64,000 nt of DNA from Lingula anatina (Eukaryota > Animalia > Brachiopoda). A model generated the notes under the pieces. The model was given only the letters and a program-made list of their open reading frames with translations. It searched no databases and was not told where the DNA came from. Shown piece after piece: positions 1 to 13,323 of the stretch. Within the stretch, counting starts at the first letter, position 1; each line of letters starts with the position of its first letter. A program made the translations under genes and the position numbers. The stretch spans positions 47,498,401-47,562,400 of the forward strand of contig CM120641.1 in the NCBI GenBank assembly GCA_051362555.1, read 5' to 3'.

Positions 1-3000
1 TAGCGGGTTCATCACACACGCCCCCAGGCAAATTAACCCATTTTTCATCGGGAATACTTGATTGGAATTTGAACCAAAATTCAAACTCTGGTGAAAAATT
101 ATCTTCCTCAACCACAGCTCTTTTTTTAAACCATTTATCAAGCTCTGCACCTGCTGGAGTTGGGATAAAATCTGGACTTGTTAAATCATCACTGCTGTTT
201 GACTTATCATAAGGGGCCTGCAGGTGTTTCAACCAATCTTTGGGATCTTCAGAGATGTTTTTGAAGTAAGATAAAAACACAGGGCATTCTACCTCCCCCA
301 GTGCCCCTACCTGACCTCCCTTAAGCCAATATGCTGGGTCACAAGGCATCCACCCAAAGAAGCTATCACCCAAACTAGAAGCAATGTGCTGTGTATTGGG
401 GCTGTACAACCACGCTTTCAGACTATCTGGCAAATTCGGTTCAACACTCTCTAAGCAATTTTCATCACAAACACACTCTGGAAATGTAGCACACTTTCTA
501 TCTGCTTTGCAAACATCTTTAACCAAAGGCAAAGCATAGCTGGTTTCCTCATCCTCTGTGTTCTCCCCTGTCTTGGTGCAGGGTCTATACAGCCATCTTG
601 CCATGTCTGCTGCCCCATCTAGTTGTGGTAGCAGGAGGTGAGCCACATCTTCTATGTCCACCACACAGCTGTCCTTGCAGCACCTGGACCACTCCTTGGC
701 AGCCTCCATCTCCTGTAAAACAGACACCAAATATCCTGTACATACAGACAAGACTGGATTACTCTTACTATTCATAACACTGGTTTAATAGTATAGGTTT
801 TAATAGGGTTATTTTACAGGTCTGTAGCTAAGGGAGGTTCGCTTTTTGTTGTAAAAAGATACATTTTGGGTAAAATTTGATCTAGGTACAGAAATATTTC
901 AAGGTAAAAGGTCCACTGACAATTTGGACTGTACACATTTAAAAATAGGGATGCAATTTCATCTTCAGGGCGCCAAGTTATGAAGGGCCTTCAGAAAATA
1001 GGAAATTTTTTTCAAAAATAGGAAAAAAAAAAAAAGGAATTTTGTCAAAAAAGTACAAGAAAAATAGGAATTATTCTTAAAGAATGATGGCTTCCCAACA
1101 CCTCTAAAGCCATACCAGTCTAATACACATCTTTAATTGTAGTAAATAACACTATTAAGTGTAACAACAATAATTTATCTAACAAATTTACAAACAACAT
1201 AAAATACTAAAGGCTCTGTCACACCTAGTGTAAATAGGTACATGTATGTATAAGTATTGTATGTGATCAATTATATGCAAAACATTGAGGCTATTAAAAG
1301 GATTTAAACAGCATATGGAATTGTTTTTCAACATCCCCAAAATATTTATCCCCTTCTGATTACATGAGCATAACCAATGTTTGTCAGCGTATAAATCATT
1401 TTTCTTACATACAGGTGCTAAACACTGTGACGCTGTTTTAAGTCAGTTCTGTCCAATAACTTTAAAATTTACTTCATATATTGTGCTTATGTAGTCCAAA
1501 CAGTGTCAAATAAATCTTTTCTGTAATTTTGAGATTCATAAATAACATAGTTTTCCATTAATGGTCATTATGGCATCAGTGCCCAAAATGCAATATAACA
1601 TAGTGCTTACCACCATAATCACGGCCAATTTTTAATTATGCACTGCAGGTAACACAGATAAATGGAAAATGTGATAAGCAAATGTGTTGAGGCTCACGCA
1701 TATGTAAAATTGCTAATATGTGAAAAGTGAACATTTCGAAAAAAAAAAAAAAATGCATGACTATAAGGAAAATAGTCTGATCAGGCTTTTTTCTCAAACT
1801 TGACCTGACATAGTAATATTGATCACTCCTGGAAGTTTGAAGACAATAGGTCAACCATTTTTTACACTTTATCAAATTATGTGTTCTCTGTATTGCATAT
1901 GCATGTGAAAAAAAAAGTATAATATTTGTAAAAATGGTCCAATTGAGCCTATTTTCTTGACTTGTGTTTCAGTAAGGTTGGTCACTCCTGTGAGTTTCAA
2001 GACAATAGGCCTATGGGTTTTCTTTGAATTCTGTCATCAATATATATGCTGAAAAACAGTATAACTTTTTAAAAAAGGCCCGATCATGCTGATTTTCGAA
2101 CTTGTTCTGTATTTTATGAATATTCATCAGTTCCATAAGACTGATGACAAAAGGTACAAGGGTTTCCCCACTGATCATATTATTATTGAAAGTGCATTGT
2201 GATGGCAAAGACAGATGCAGGTGACGGTTATATTAAATTTGGGTCTTAGACTGCATTTCCACAGATTTAGATTGATCCATCTGGATCGACCTAACTCCCT
2301 GGGGGTTCACACTAAATTGCTGTCAGCTCAAGAGGCTTAAATGTCTATCACGCCTACCGAATCAGCTAGGGTAAAGATAATTACCCCCTAACAGCTTTAC
2401 TAGGCATGACAGCATTTAAGCCGGTCAAGTTGACAGCAATTTAGTGAGACTCCCCAGGGGGATAGATCAATCTAAATATCTGTGGGAATAGTCTCTTATA
2501 CTGGATTGTACTTCAAACATAGTGATGCTCATTTCTAGTAAGATCCAGTATTAGATTCAATTTTTTCATTATCCTAATTAAAATACAACAAGATGAATCA
2601 AAGCATCTACTTTGAGCTCAATATTGACTAATGTATTCTCATTTTTTTTCCAATAACCAACACGACTTGATACATAACATCATTTTTACACCAAAAAATA
2701 GGAAAAAATAGGAATTTTCTCTAGAAAAAAGGAAAAAATAGGAAGATCTCAAAAAAAAAAAAAAATCGGAAAAAATAGGAACTTGATGCTCTGCATCTTT
2801 CAAATCTGTCATTCAATTTCGAAATTTAGCATTTTTCTGCTTAAAACACTTACACCATAAAAGAAATTTGAGGAAACCTGCACCCGGAACTTTTTTTTTA
2901 TCGAATTCCAGGACTGAAACTGAAATGAAATCCTACTAAACAAACAATAGGAGATTCATTATCTTCTGTAAACATATAGGCACATTCACTTTCATGATTT

Positions 3001-6000
3001 CAAATATGATGCCTTGTCTTAGTCATAATGGTATCATAAGGTTAAACTTTCAGTTTTCCTTCATTTCAATCTTATAAAGACGTGGACGGGTAGTCTAAGG
3101 GGGTCTGTAACTTACTGAATTTCATATTCAGTAGAAAGCACAAAGAAAAAAAACAAACACACAAGTCATGCCAAGCTGTTCAAATACAATTTAATTGTGT
3201 TTAACTTCGATAAAGATAAATCAATATTTTCTATTTCAAATTAAAAGCATGGCAACATCACAAAAAACACAATACAAAAAGAAAAGTAAAACAGATCCCG
3301 AGTTAACTTTCCTTATTCAATACTATACATCAGGTATCATTCAAAAAAATTGATGATAATAAAATAAAAACTTTCTGTTTTACACCTAAACTCTACCAAT
3401 GCCAAAGGTATACTAACCTGTTGATTCTCATAGTTAGCCAGCCACTGTTTGGTGTCATCTTTGGTCTGTCTATAGTAGGACAGGACATCTTCTTGACCAC
3501 TGGACCCCGGCTGCTGAGGATGAAGCCAGTTGGTCAGGGGAGCAGAAATGACCCCTTGAAAATATGGCATGACTCCAGATAGATTGCCAGGGACATATGC
3601 TGCAAAAGGCAAAACATCACTTGGTTAATGATAACCAAATAAAAAAATTCTCTTTAGATTGAAAGTTGATGGGTTATGATATATTGTGCATTAAACAAAA
3701 AGTTATAGTGATTATCAAAAGTGCTGATGATTATTTGGCAAATAATTTGATACCACACAATTCCATTTATCTATCAACAGGTGTTAAAAATCTTCCTTTT
3801 TCATTTTTGTTTTAAAATACAGGACAGATGGACATGTTAAACTTTCCTCTTTCACTGTTCCATGACAGACAAACAACTTTGTCAAACTTTTCCTTTGAAG
3901 ACAAAGTTAACTTGTGACAAAGGCTGCCTGTCTGTTATAGAAACTCGTGGAAAATCCACTAGGATTTCTTCATGACACAGCATAAGAAACTGAAAATCTA
4001 AGTTTCTTCCTTATTGCACAACATTATGACATCGCTGATAAGACTGCTGACACCCTAAAATATGATGCACCTCCTATTTTCTCAGGTGTCAGATAATGTA
4101 ATATGTGGACAATTTTTTTCCATTAATTATGATCAACATCCTTTTCTTCATCTTCCTCTCATGGATTTTTTTTTTAGATTAAAATCATTTTTCAACATTC
4201 CAGGACAACTAACCTCTCCTGCAGTTCTGTTTACCATCTTCATCACTCCTCCTCAATTTATACCCTCCTCCTCCTCTTCCTCTTCTTTCAACTCTATATA
4301 TCCCATCATTACTTACCTTGCACCCTTTCACCATATCAGACAATTGTACTCCATTTCCCCAAAATATAGATATCATCACTGTATAATACAGTAGGCCCTA
4401 ATCTTAAAGTGAGTCTTTTATATTACTATATCTAACTGACAGCAGACTTCTTACCATCAAAGGCTGGCCCCTCTTCCTCTGCCTCATCTTTGATCTGACA
4501 CAGCCACTGTCTGATGCTGGCCGCAGTGGACTCCCGGGGCAGGCTGGCAATGGTGCTCTCGGCAGCGCCAGGATTCAACAACCACTTGGTCAAACTGCTG
4601 GTCTTGGCCTCTTGAAATGGTCTGAAGAGGCTGTCAGATGCGTTAGGTGAGCCAGTAGTGATTGTGCTCTTGGATGTGGTAGAGGAAAGTGTGGTTGGGG
4701 TGTGCAACCACTTGCTGTCACTGCTGCGGGACAAACGCGGGATCCTGACAGTCACCTAGACAATACAAAATGTCTAATTTATGAAAATAGGTCCGAGGTT
4801 ACGAATGAAATTTTTTCCAAAATTATGAAAAAAAAAAAAGACTGCATTAATGATGTTGTGTTAGAAGCATGTACAATCACATGAAATAAACTAAATTAAT
4901 AAAATTACATCCTTTGTCAGATTCTGCTTTGTAACTATTAAATAAGTGAATATAAATTGCTTGTAAACATTTCTGAAGTGTCACACATGACATGGGTGAC
5001 AAATTCACATTAGGAAGACTTTGTGAAGTCTGAAATGTAGTGACCTCAATTCAAAAATGTAAACTCCAGTATGTGGTTAAATTAAAATCCTGTCTTTATC
5101 TTAGTTTCAAACAACTGGATGAATCTAAACTTTCACCTTTTCAGATATATGGCTCTAGTTTAACAAAAAACTTAAGTCAGGTTCCCGGACTAAAAACTTA
5201 ATTTCCAATGTTACATGGTCACATGCACACATCTTACCCTATCAGGAACAGTGTTACAGCATTCTCATGGTCACATGCACACATCTTACCCTATCAGGAA
5301 CAGTGGTACAGCATTCTCATGGTCACATGCACACATCTTACCCTATCAGGAACAATGTTACAACACTCTCATGGCCACATGCACACATCTTACCCTATCA
5401 AGAACAGTGTTACAGCATTTTCATGGAAGTCACAGTCAACTAAGCCAAGGAACTGACTTAATTTTTTTTTAACTGGGACATGGTCTACTAACAGTCTTAA
5501 CAACCCTCACTGAATCCCTCATGTATCTGACCCGACCTGACCCAACCCGACCCGACCTGACCGACCCCACTTACAGTTGGATCATTCTGCACAGATTTGT
5601 ACAGAACATGATGCTCTACATCTTCGTAGTCCTCAAACCACTTGGGCAGACTGCTAGCTTCCTCGCCTGGCTCAGCAAAGGGTCTGTCCAGCAGGGGGCA
5701 GTGTCCACTCGCGCGGCCAAACTTGTGGATGACCTCCCTAAGTGAAGCTGTGTTAGCCTTGAAGCTCATGAAGGGGGTGTCCTCAGGCTTAATGTCAAGC
5801 AAGTCTAGTCTATAAAATAATGTTTTGGAACAATGTGGTTTTGTGAAAGACGTGTCAAATGTATAGAACACAGGCCAGTAGCCAGGGGGGGTTTGCTGGG
5901 AAAAGGTCTCTTCTGGGTAAAATTTTATCTAGGTACATGAAGGTTTCATGGTAAAAGGTCCACTTTTTCAGAAAAAGAACCCCCCCTTTGGAAATTGCTG

Positions 6001-7847
6001 GCTACGGGCCTGGAACATATGATATAGCCTTATACTATCATGCTATCAGCCTATACTTGACTAATTATAAAGATCAATACTTCATATGATAAAAAGAAAT
6101 CTAACTTCAGGTAAGAGATGCTTTAGTATTTTTTAGTAGTATTTTAAAGTTATATCAATAAATTTTCTTTGCTTTCTTTAATTAATTAATTTTATCAGTA
6201 AATGTTAAAGTATTTTAGTATTGTTATTTTTAGACTTTTTAATTATTTGTAAAGTGCACTGAAATGTAAAAAATGGAATGCGCTATATAAGAAATAAAAT
6301 ATTATATTATTATTAGTATTATCAAACCATAAGAACATAACTAAAAACTGAATCTAAAAGGTTTTAGCCATCAAACTTAAGTCATAACATGAGAAATCAA
6401 TGACATTTAGTAACATAGGCTGCATTCACATCGAGTTGAGCCATGGCTCTACAAAGCCATGACCTAAATATGGAGGTAGCAAATTATATTTTTTGACCCT
6501 ATGCCTGGAGTACATGTACATGGAGCATTGAGTATCCAGGTGTTACTCACTTCTCCAGGGTCTTGGTCAGCTTATCCTCCATGTGGGTCCAGTCCTGCAC
6601 TTCCAGAGTAGAGATGACCCCGCCCAAGGCCTGCTGCATAGCCGCCTGCTGCTTCATCAACACCTCATCCTTGGCTTGTTGCACTATCTCCACCTGGTTC
6701 AGGAGCCACACCTCTCGGGATCGAAGGCTCTCCAGCTGGCGGCTGATTGTACTCTGGATCTGACCTTTCACCTGTTGAAAACAAAAAAGATACAAAGTCA
6801 CAACCTGTTTCTTATCATCTACAAAAATTGTGTCGACAAAGAGGTGTGTGTTGTCCAAAATTGTCCGGCTGTTTACCTGTCGGATTAAGATGATCCTTGG
6901 GGGGTGGGGATGGGGGGTGGTCAAGGGGACTTCCTTGTCACACTTGAACCGTTTGTCCCAGCCCTGGCTGTGATAACTGCTCCACCCCCAGTGATAATAC
7001 TGACAATTCTGCAGTGCTTTGTTCACTAATTATCTTTTAAACAGCTATATTCAAACCCATACAGTCTGCACCAACCAATCCTTTAAATCCTTAAATCCAC
7101 TCCAACAGGTTGCTCAGGTCTGTGCTGCATACATCTACATGAAGACAAAATTCATTGGAGGTTTCTATACCCTGACAACATGATTCCTTCATCAAAAACA
7201 TCGATAATGACCAGGAATTTTAGCAGCAATAAATTTTTAATAAAACTCGATGGCCGCTCCTAGATTATGCTGCAGCTTCATAGCAACCTTGTCACCTCAG
7301 CAATAAAAAGTTCTTAAAATAAATGTCAGAATCAAGTGATTCCCTGGAAATAATTGCAAATTGTAGTGTTGGTATTTGTTTTAATTGTGAAGAGAATTTG
7401 ATGTTCAGAATTAAATCAATTCCGCAATTATAAAAATGCAGTAGACTGTTGTTTGAAAGATGTTTCTACACATCCAAACTCCTTCAAAAAATTGCACAAG
7501 AATTCAGAAGTCGAAGATTTTTTTATGCATGGAGGTATTATAGTAAATTTTGAACTCCTGACTGAAACACAAAAAATTGCCATCTTCTTTTTTTAATTAA
7601 TGCACTAACTGTAAAAGAAAAATGCAAGGTAAAGTAGCTGTTTAACACCAATGTTATTCTTTGGGGGATGTGGTTTACCATATGTTATGTGTATTAACCT
7701 TGGTGTAAAGGTTGTTTGAGGTTATGTCCTGTTATAATTCTAAGAAGCTCCATCCAGGAGAAGGGCATACAGGTCCTATTTCACACCTTGTTCATGAAAG
7801 TAAATCAGAGAAAGTCATAATTCCAAAAACATTCAGAGAAATTTCAC

Positions 7848-7879
<32 letters not shown>

Positions 7880-9325
7880 CTCAATTTAAGGGTCATTACC
7901 ATAATAAATCTGTACCTACTGTGGCAGTTGACTCAAACACAAATTGCCTTATGATTTGAGATCAGATTTTCAGATCAGGGCACCTATTCGTGTAGAAACT
8001 AAAAGAATGCATTAGGTGTACTGCAAACTTATGACCACTGTGTACACTGTTCCAATATGTCTGTCCCAGGCTAACAAGACCTTCACTCTCTTATCACATG
8101 ACATAATACTAGATGCACTGATGAACTACTGAGATAAGAGACTGCAGCACTTGCTGATAAAGTTGACAGGTGCTGCATGGATGTCTGGATGATAGGACTG
8201 GATGTCTGGACATAACTAGAACAAAGTCGTCACACTGAGAACAATGCGACAATTGCAGTGCATGCAACAACACGTGCCAACTAACGATAATAAATAATAA
8301 TCTTATGAATCAAGACGGCAATCAAATAAATCAAATTTATGCCTGTCAAGTTCACAGCATGTCCTTATCATTTATGTAAACTGTGTCTCCTTTCACAGTG
8401 TCTTTTAGGGTCTCCTTCCTGCAGAGGCCTCGTGCCTAGATCTACACGGCTCATGTTTGACATATGTGTTAGCTACAATACCTACATATAATATGATTCA
8501 GGGTAGTTACAACCTCTATTGTATGCAGTACACTAGCTACAAGCATTATTATATGCAGTATGTTAGGCTTAGCTTCATTCTAATATTGTATGCAGGTGTT
8601 AGCTACAATCTCTGTTATATGCATTGTTCCATTTACTAAGCTAAACATGTGGCAGTAATTAATATATCTCTGATAGACAGTAAGTATTTGTTCTATATAT
8701 GAAGTCTATCTCATTAATGCATATCAAAATCACACAACACAAACCAGCATGTCTTAAATAGAGCTGCTTTCTGATACATTTTGTGTCACCAAAAACTCTT
8801 TCAACAGGAAAATCAATAAGTGTGCTAAATTAAATGTAGTTAATGAAACCAATTTCAAATAAAAAACATGTCATCAACAGAAAATAATTTTTCTCTTGGT
8901 TACCATAGCTACTGGTAAAAAACATTGACAAAAAGGTTACGTAACTTATATTTACACATTTAGTTGTTAAAATAATGCAACATATATCAAATGAATAATG
9001 AGTATATTGTACTAGCAAGTGTTTTGCAAGAGTTTAAAAATATATTACATCTTTCCTATTGGATTGTCACTTTGTTTTACTATCTAAACCTCACAAAATC
9101 TTAAGCTAAATATATTCGAGATAACAAATGGCTTTACATCAAAAATAAACTGTTTCCATTAATATGGTCAAACTCCATTAATCTTTAATCAATATCTGAA
9201 AATACCTCCGAGGCGTTTTCCTTCAGCTGTTGCTGCACAGCTAGGACGCGTTCGATGGCATCTTCCAGTAAAACCGCCTTCTCCTGCAGCTTCTGCAGTT
9301 GCTGCTTTACAGTGTTGTTGTTCAT
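1..9325 (-). CDS. NCOA4: Nuclear receptor coactivator 4 (NCOA4/ARA70)-like ferritinophagy receptor; 3' end lies outside the window
   Basis: Phase-consistent GT-AG exons 9325-9206, 6771-6551, 5809-5575, 4755-4455, 3599-3418, 712-<1. Exon 2 reads VKGQIQSTISRQLESLRSREVWLLNQVEIVQQAKDEVL, the ARA70 N-terminal motif (LRSREVWL). The last exon has VCKADRKCATFPECVCDENC, resembling the Cys-rich motif of vertebrate NCOA4. Confidence 0.88.
966..2793. mobile_element. Non-autonomous DNA transposon (about 1.8 kb, CAG...CTG ends, 6-bp TSD) in an NCOA4 intron, with nested insertions
   Basis: Imperfect TIR CAGGGCGCCAAGTT / AACTTGATGCTCTG. CATCTT direct repeat on both flanks. Subterminal AAAAATAGGAA repeats at both ends (about 995-1070 and 2693-2781). 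Confidence 0.65.
2249..2495. mobile_element. PIF/Harbinger-like MITE family A, copy 1
   Basis: TTA on both flanks, imperfect TIR, core GATCGA...CCCCTGGGGG...AAATTGCTGTCA shared with copies at 10845, 12908, 48030 and 57044. Confidence 0.75.
5163..5470. repeat. 52-bp tandem array (about 4 units) enclosed by an imperfect inverted repeat
   Basis: Unit TGTTACAGCATTCTCATGGTCACATGCACACATCTTACCCTATCAGGAACAG recurs at about 5209, 5252, 5304, 5356 and 5408. Flanks AAAAAACTTAAGTCAGGTTCC and GGAACTGACTTAATTTTTTT are reverse complements. Confidence 0.8.
5871..6012. mobile_element. Short MITE with CAGGCC...GGCCTG ends and 5-bp TSD
   Basis: TIR CAGGCCAGTAGCCAG / CTGGCTACGGGCCTG, GAACA on both flanks. A truncated relative lies at about 817-920. 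Confidence 0.75.
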
Positions 9326-9938
9326 AATGCTGAAAATACAAATATATATCCAATTTAAACACGCAAAGAAGCAACACAAATGTCAGTATCTATATTCGGT
9401 AACAAATTGCATGCAAACAAAATTCCAATAACATGAAAGAGGGGAAAATCCATTTCCATGCATCATGTAACTAAACAGCTTCATTTAATCTCCTTACCTT
9501 TCTTTTACCTCTTGTGATAAAAAAATCTATGATTTTTGGGCCTTAATCTCCGGGGACAAAACTATCCAAAGATTTCAATCACAACAGTTCCTGGCACAAA
9601 AATAAAGGCCAAGAGGTGTTCAAGCTCTTTAATGTGTGGTGCAGGACTTGTTTACATATGATGCAGCACGGAAATTTGAACTTTGAGCACACGTGAGTGT
9701 CCTTACGTCCTTCAACGTGTTTGTCTATAGAGAGGACTGTTTACTGATGAGTGCAGATGAACCCAGAGCCACAATAAGGCTCTTCTCATATTGAGACAGT
9801 TGTCTAGCTTCAAACAATGGCTATTATTTTACAGAGTCACCTAAATGGAGCCTCCCCCTACCTCCTAAGCCTGACACAGACAGTTAACTGGATTGGTTTT
9901 ATTTGGTACATCGGACCTTGCGATAGAGAGTACTGTAA

Positions 9939-10224
9939 GAGCACATTCAGAACAAGTTGACTTGCGGACTAAAAGATCCACGGACTAAATATGGCCAACC
10001 CACTAAAAAGATTATGTAGACTAATCCCCTGATCGTCTCCCCGTCTCCACACACGTCGCTACAGGGACCTGACAATTAAATCTCGGGAGTTGAGATTTAA
10101 TCCGTTTAATGGTGTGTGGAGGCAGAGACACCATCAGGGGATTAGGCGACTTGCTTTAAGTGAGGTGAGCCATAATTAGATGGCAGTTCTGTTAGTCTGT
10201 GGATCATTTGTTCTGAATGCAACC
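9939..10224. mobile_element. Palindromic (fold-back) MITE family B
   Basis: TIR ...CATTCAGAACAA / TTGTTCTGAATG, nested internal inverted repeats (CTAATCCCCTGAT / ATCAGGGGATTAG), (G)TAA flanks. A shorter relative lies at about 14922-15084. Confidence 0.7.
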
Positions 10225-10844
10225 GTAAATTTCTCCAAACCAAAATAACATATTAGGACCAGTCAAACTGGTGTGATAGAGAACACTACTTCTCATTGTA
10301 AAGAGCACTTTTTGCAGAACAACTAATTCATCTGCAAAACACAAAATACTGTTTATTGGGCTGGGTCTATTCAATAGTAGTTGATTGGTTTCTGTGTGGT
10401 TATTTCTGCACTGTCACCTGTCAACGTGTTTCAGAGCACATGTTGATGCATGTGATGTGTGTACTACACTAACCAAGCTCTTAGCCATGCTGCTAATAAT
10501 ATGGTGGTACCAAACCATCCGTTTCTCACGGTGAATGCCAAACACTTGACAAGACTGTCTCCCAGGGTTATCATGCCTTATCAGTTGGCACAAGGCCATA
10601 ACCACCTTCATACCTATCCCCCCCCCCAAAAAAAAAAAGTGCATCATATGACTGAGAGTAAGAGTACGTAAACAACTGCTACCTAATTTGACTTACATAA
10701 TTTAATCTAAGTCGGGTATCAAAAATAAACAGTAGACCTACCACCTCATATTTTACATATACTCAGTGCCACCCTTGTAGTCTGTCTACCTTTAATTTGA
10801 ATCATGGCAAATATCTTTGTAATCATGCTTTACCTTAGAACTTA

Positions 10845-11058
10845 GGGTGCATTCCCATAGATTTTAGATCAATCTATCCCCGTGGGGAGTCTCACTAGAT
10901 TACTGTCAGATAATCCAGCTTAAATGTCTGTCCCGCCTACTACAAGCTGTAAGGGGGTAATTAACTTTTATGCCCACTTGGCTGACAGCTATTTAGCGTG
11001 AACCCCCAGGGAGTTAGGTCGATCTAGCTGGATCGATCTAATTTCTGGGAATGGGGTC
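10845..11058. mobile_element. PIF/Harbinger-like MITE family A, copy 2
   Basis: TTA TSD, TIR GGGTGCATTCCCA / TGGGAATGGGGTC, core shared with other copies. Confidence 0.78.
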
Positions 11059-12379
11059 TTAGTTTGGTTTATGTGGAGATACCAAGACAATGCCAGCAAT
11101 AGTTTGAGATTTCTGCCTTTTCCAAATTTGATCTCTATTTTACATGTTTTTTGTTTATTTACTGATGGAGCTAAAGTCGGAGAAAAAGCCAATATGATAT
11201 TGTTAGTTTTCTTTCGAATAAGAAACTTTATTGGCCATAGTATGTAATACTAAAATTTTTAGCATTAACACATGGTATGATCAATTTACAGTCAGACAAC
11301 CACATGTAACTACACACATGAATTACATCTAAAATGTTATTTTACAGTAATATGGGCATAATTTAACAACACAGTGTTTGCAAGATGACACTATTCATAA
11401 AGAAAGAGTGTCTAAATCATCATATAACAAGTATCTAAAATTTTCCCCTTATTGACAATAAGCAAACAGAGCAATCCATCCATGCTTTATATATTGACTT
11501 CTAGACTTGATTATTGTAACAGCAACCATATCAAATTCAAAAACTTCATTCTATTTATTATAATTCAGCTGTACATCTCCATATTATCTAGCTGAACAAT
11601 ATTTTAGAACTAGCTACCCTGGCTGTCCCATCTGAACTCTAAGATATCAACTGGGCTCAAATTCTACTGAAGCAAAAATATAAAGACTCTGAATCAAATA
11701 ATATGAGTCTGTTGCACCAACTGTATGGTGTGATTTTATTAAATGACAAGTCAAATGTCTCTCTTTATGACACTTATAAAGAGAGATGTGATAGTTTTAA
11801 GAGGGATTTTATAAGATTTTTAAATTCCTATAAACCAAGGAATAGTACAACAAATAAATTTATCTCTAACTTTTTAAATTGCTTTTTATTAAGTTCAGAA
11901 TAATCTATGCACTGCAGTCGAAGGTTATGTATATAACAAAATGCTATCATTCATTTTGAAGTACGGCAGCAGGATCGCGTCATTATGGTTGCCCTCGACG
12001 CAGCCACGCATGAGCGGCGGCCGACATAGCTGTCATTTCGTTGGTCACGTTCTTAACATCGCCTGAGCACGGGGGTTAACGACGCAGTTGAGAGACATAG
12101 TAATACCAAACACATCTGATGGCATTTATAACGTTATACGATTAAAGTATAAGACATAATAAAATAGTATTTAAATTTTTAAGATGATTTTCTTTCGAAA
12201 TTTTTAGTATTTTTGCTCACGTGTCTCTGCCCTCGCGTGACCTGCAGTGAAAGAGCGGTCGACAGACAGTGTCCAGTAACATGTATTTTGTATGTTAAAG
12301 TAACTCACAAATCGAAATCTACGTAGTCACATGCTAAATATTTTCGATTTTCTTATCGATATTTGACAAAATATAGCAT

Positions 12380-12780
12380 TCGTACCTGATTATCCCCAGC
12401 AAAAGCCGAGCAAATTGGATGCTCTGTCAGCGTTCGCAATCAAGGTCATTAATTGGAACGCAAGATAGGACACGCATTGTGCAGTTGCACCATAATAAAG
12501 AAATTGCTTCCCTCCGACACTTGCTTGTGTATATAGTTAAGCAATATGAATTTGTTGCATACTGCTTGTTTAATCAAACATACAGTGCACTGAATAAACT
12601 TGTTATTATGTTATTAGCTTTGGGATTGTCTTGTCCTGGATAAGCCAAGTTCTCGCCTACCGATGACATTCAGAGTTAATTTGGAAGAACCGAAAAGAGT
12701 ATAACCATCTAGCAGGACTTTTTAATAAGTTTAAACCATAGAAGTAAATGTTTAAACTAAGTAGGACATAAATGATGTAC
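12380..12780. promoter_or_regulatory. Probable divergent promoter region for NCOA4-like (-) and the EF-hand gene (+)
   Basis: CpG-richer segment at about 11960-12500. Minus-strand donor CAG|GTACG near 12385. Both start-codon exons have splice acceptors just upstream of the ATG, so non-coding first exons are expected. TSS positions are inferred. Confidence 0.35.
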
Positions 12781-12813
12781 AATAACAGCATAATGGGCAT
12801 ACAGGAGTAGAGT

Positions 12814-12835
12814 GAGAGAGAGAGAGAGAGAGAGA

Positions 12836-12867
<32 letters not shown>
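12814..12867. repeat. (GA)n(GT)n compound microsatellite
   Basis: Seen directly. Confidence 0.9.
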
Positions 12868-12907
12868 TAGGTCTGTGTTTGTTTCATTGGTGGAGAGGGG
12901 TATTTAA

Positions 12908-13133
12908 GGGTGCTTTCCCAGAGATTTAGATCGATCTAGAGATTAAGATTTAGATCGACCTAACCCCCTGGGGGTTCACGCTAAATTGCAGTCAGCCAAG
13001 CGGGCACCTTAGTTAATTACCCCCTTACAGCTTTCAGTAGGCGGGACAGACGCTTAAGCCGGCCAAGCTGACAGTAATCTAGTGAGACTCCCCACAGGGA
13101 TAGATCGATCTAAAAATCTATGGAAATGGGTTC
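12908..13133. mobile_element. PIF/Harbinger-like MITE family A, copy 3
   Basis: TAA TSD, TIR and core shared with family A. Confidence 0.78.
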
Positions 13134-13323
13134 TAAGATTTGTCGAAGCCTGTGGGTCAACTTATAATTCATAATTTAGCTTACACACTGTAGGAGTACA
13201 GATTTTAAAATAGAACATCAATCTAGAACTTTACAGATAACTAATTTAAAGCTCACTTTTAGCACACACCGACCATCCTGTTAAATTTTATCTTTTGCTT
13301 CAAATTGCAGTTAAGGAATACAG

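Noticed and set aside
4062-4394. 110-aa plus-strand ORF antisense within an NCOA4 intron
   Set aside because: Low-complexity CT-rich sequence with no domain or splice support.
5208-5425. Regular repeats resembling a CRISPR array; ORFs 5208-5456 and 5215-5472
   Set aside because: The units are head-to-tail with no unique spacers, in a eukaryotic intron with no cas genes. The ORFs are by-products of the repeat.
12380-12600. Iron-responsive element in the putative NCOA4 5' UTR
   Set aside because: No CAGTGN loop with a paired stem and C bulge found by eye on the minus strand.
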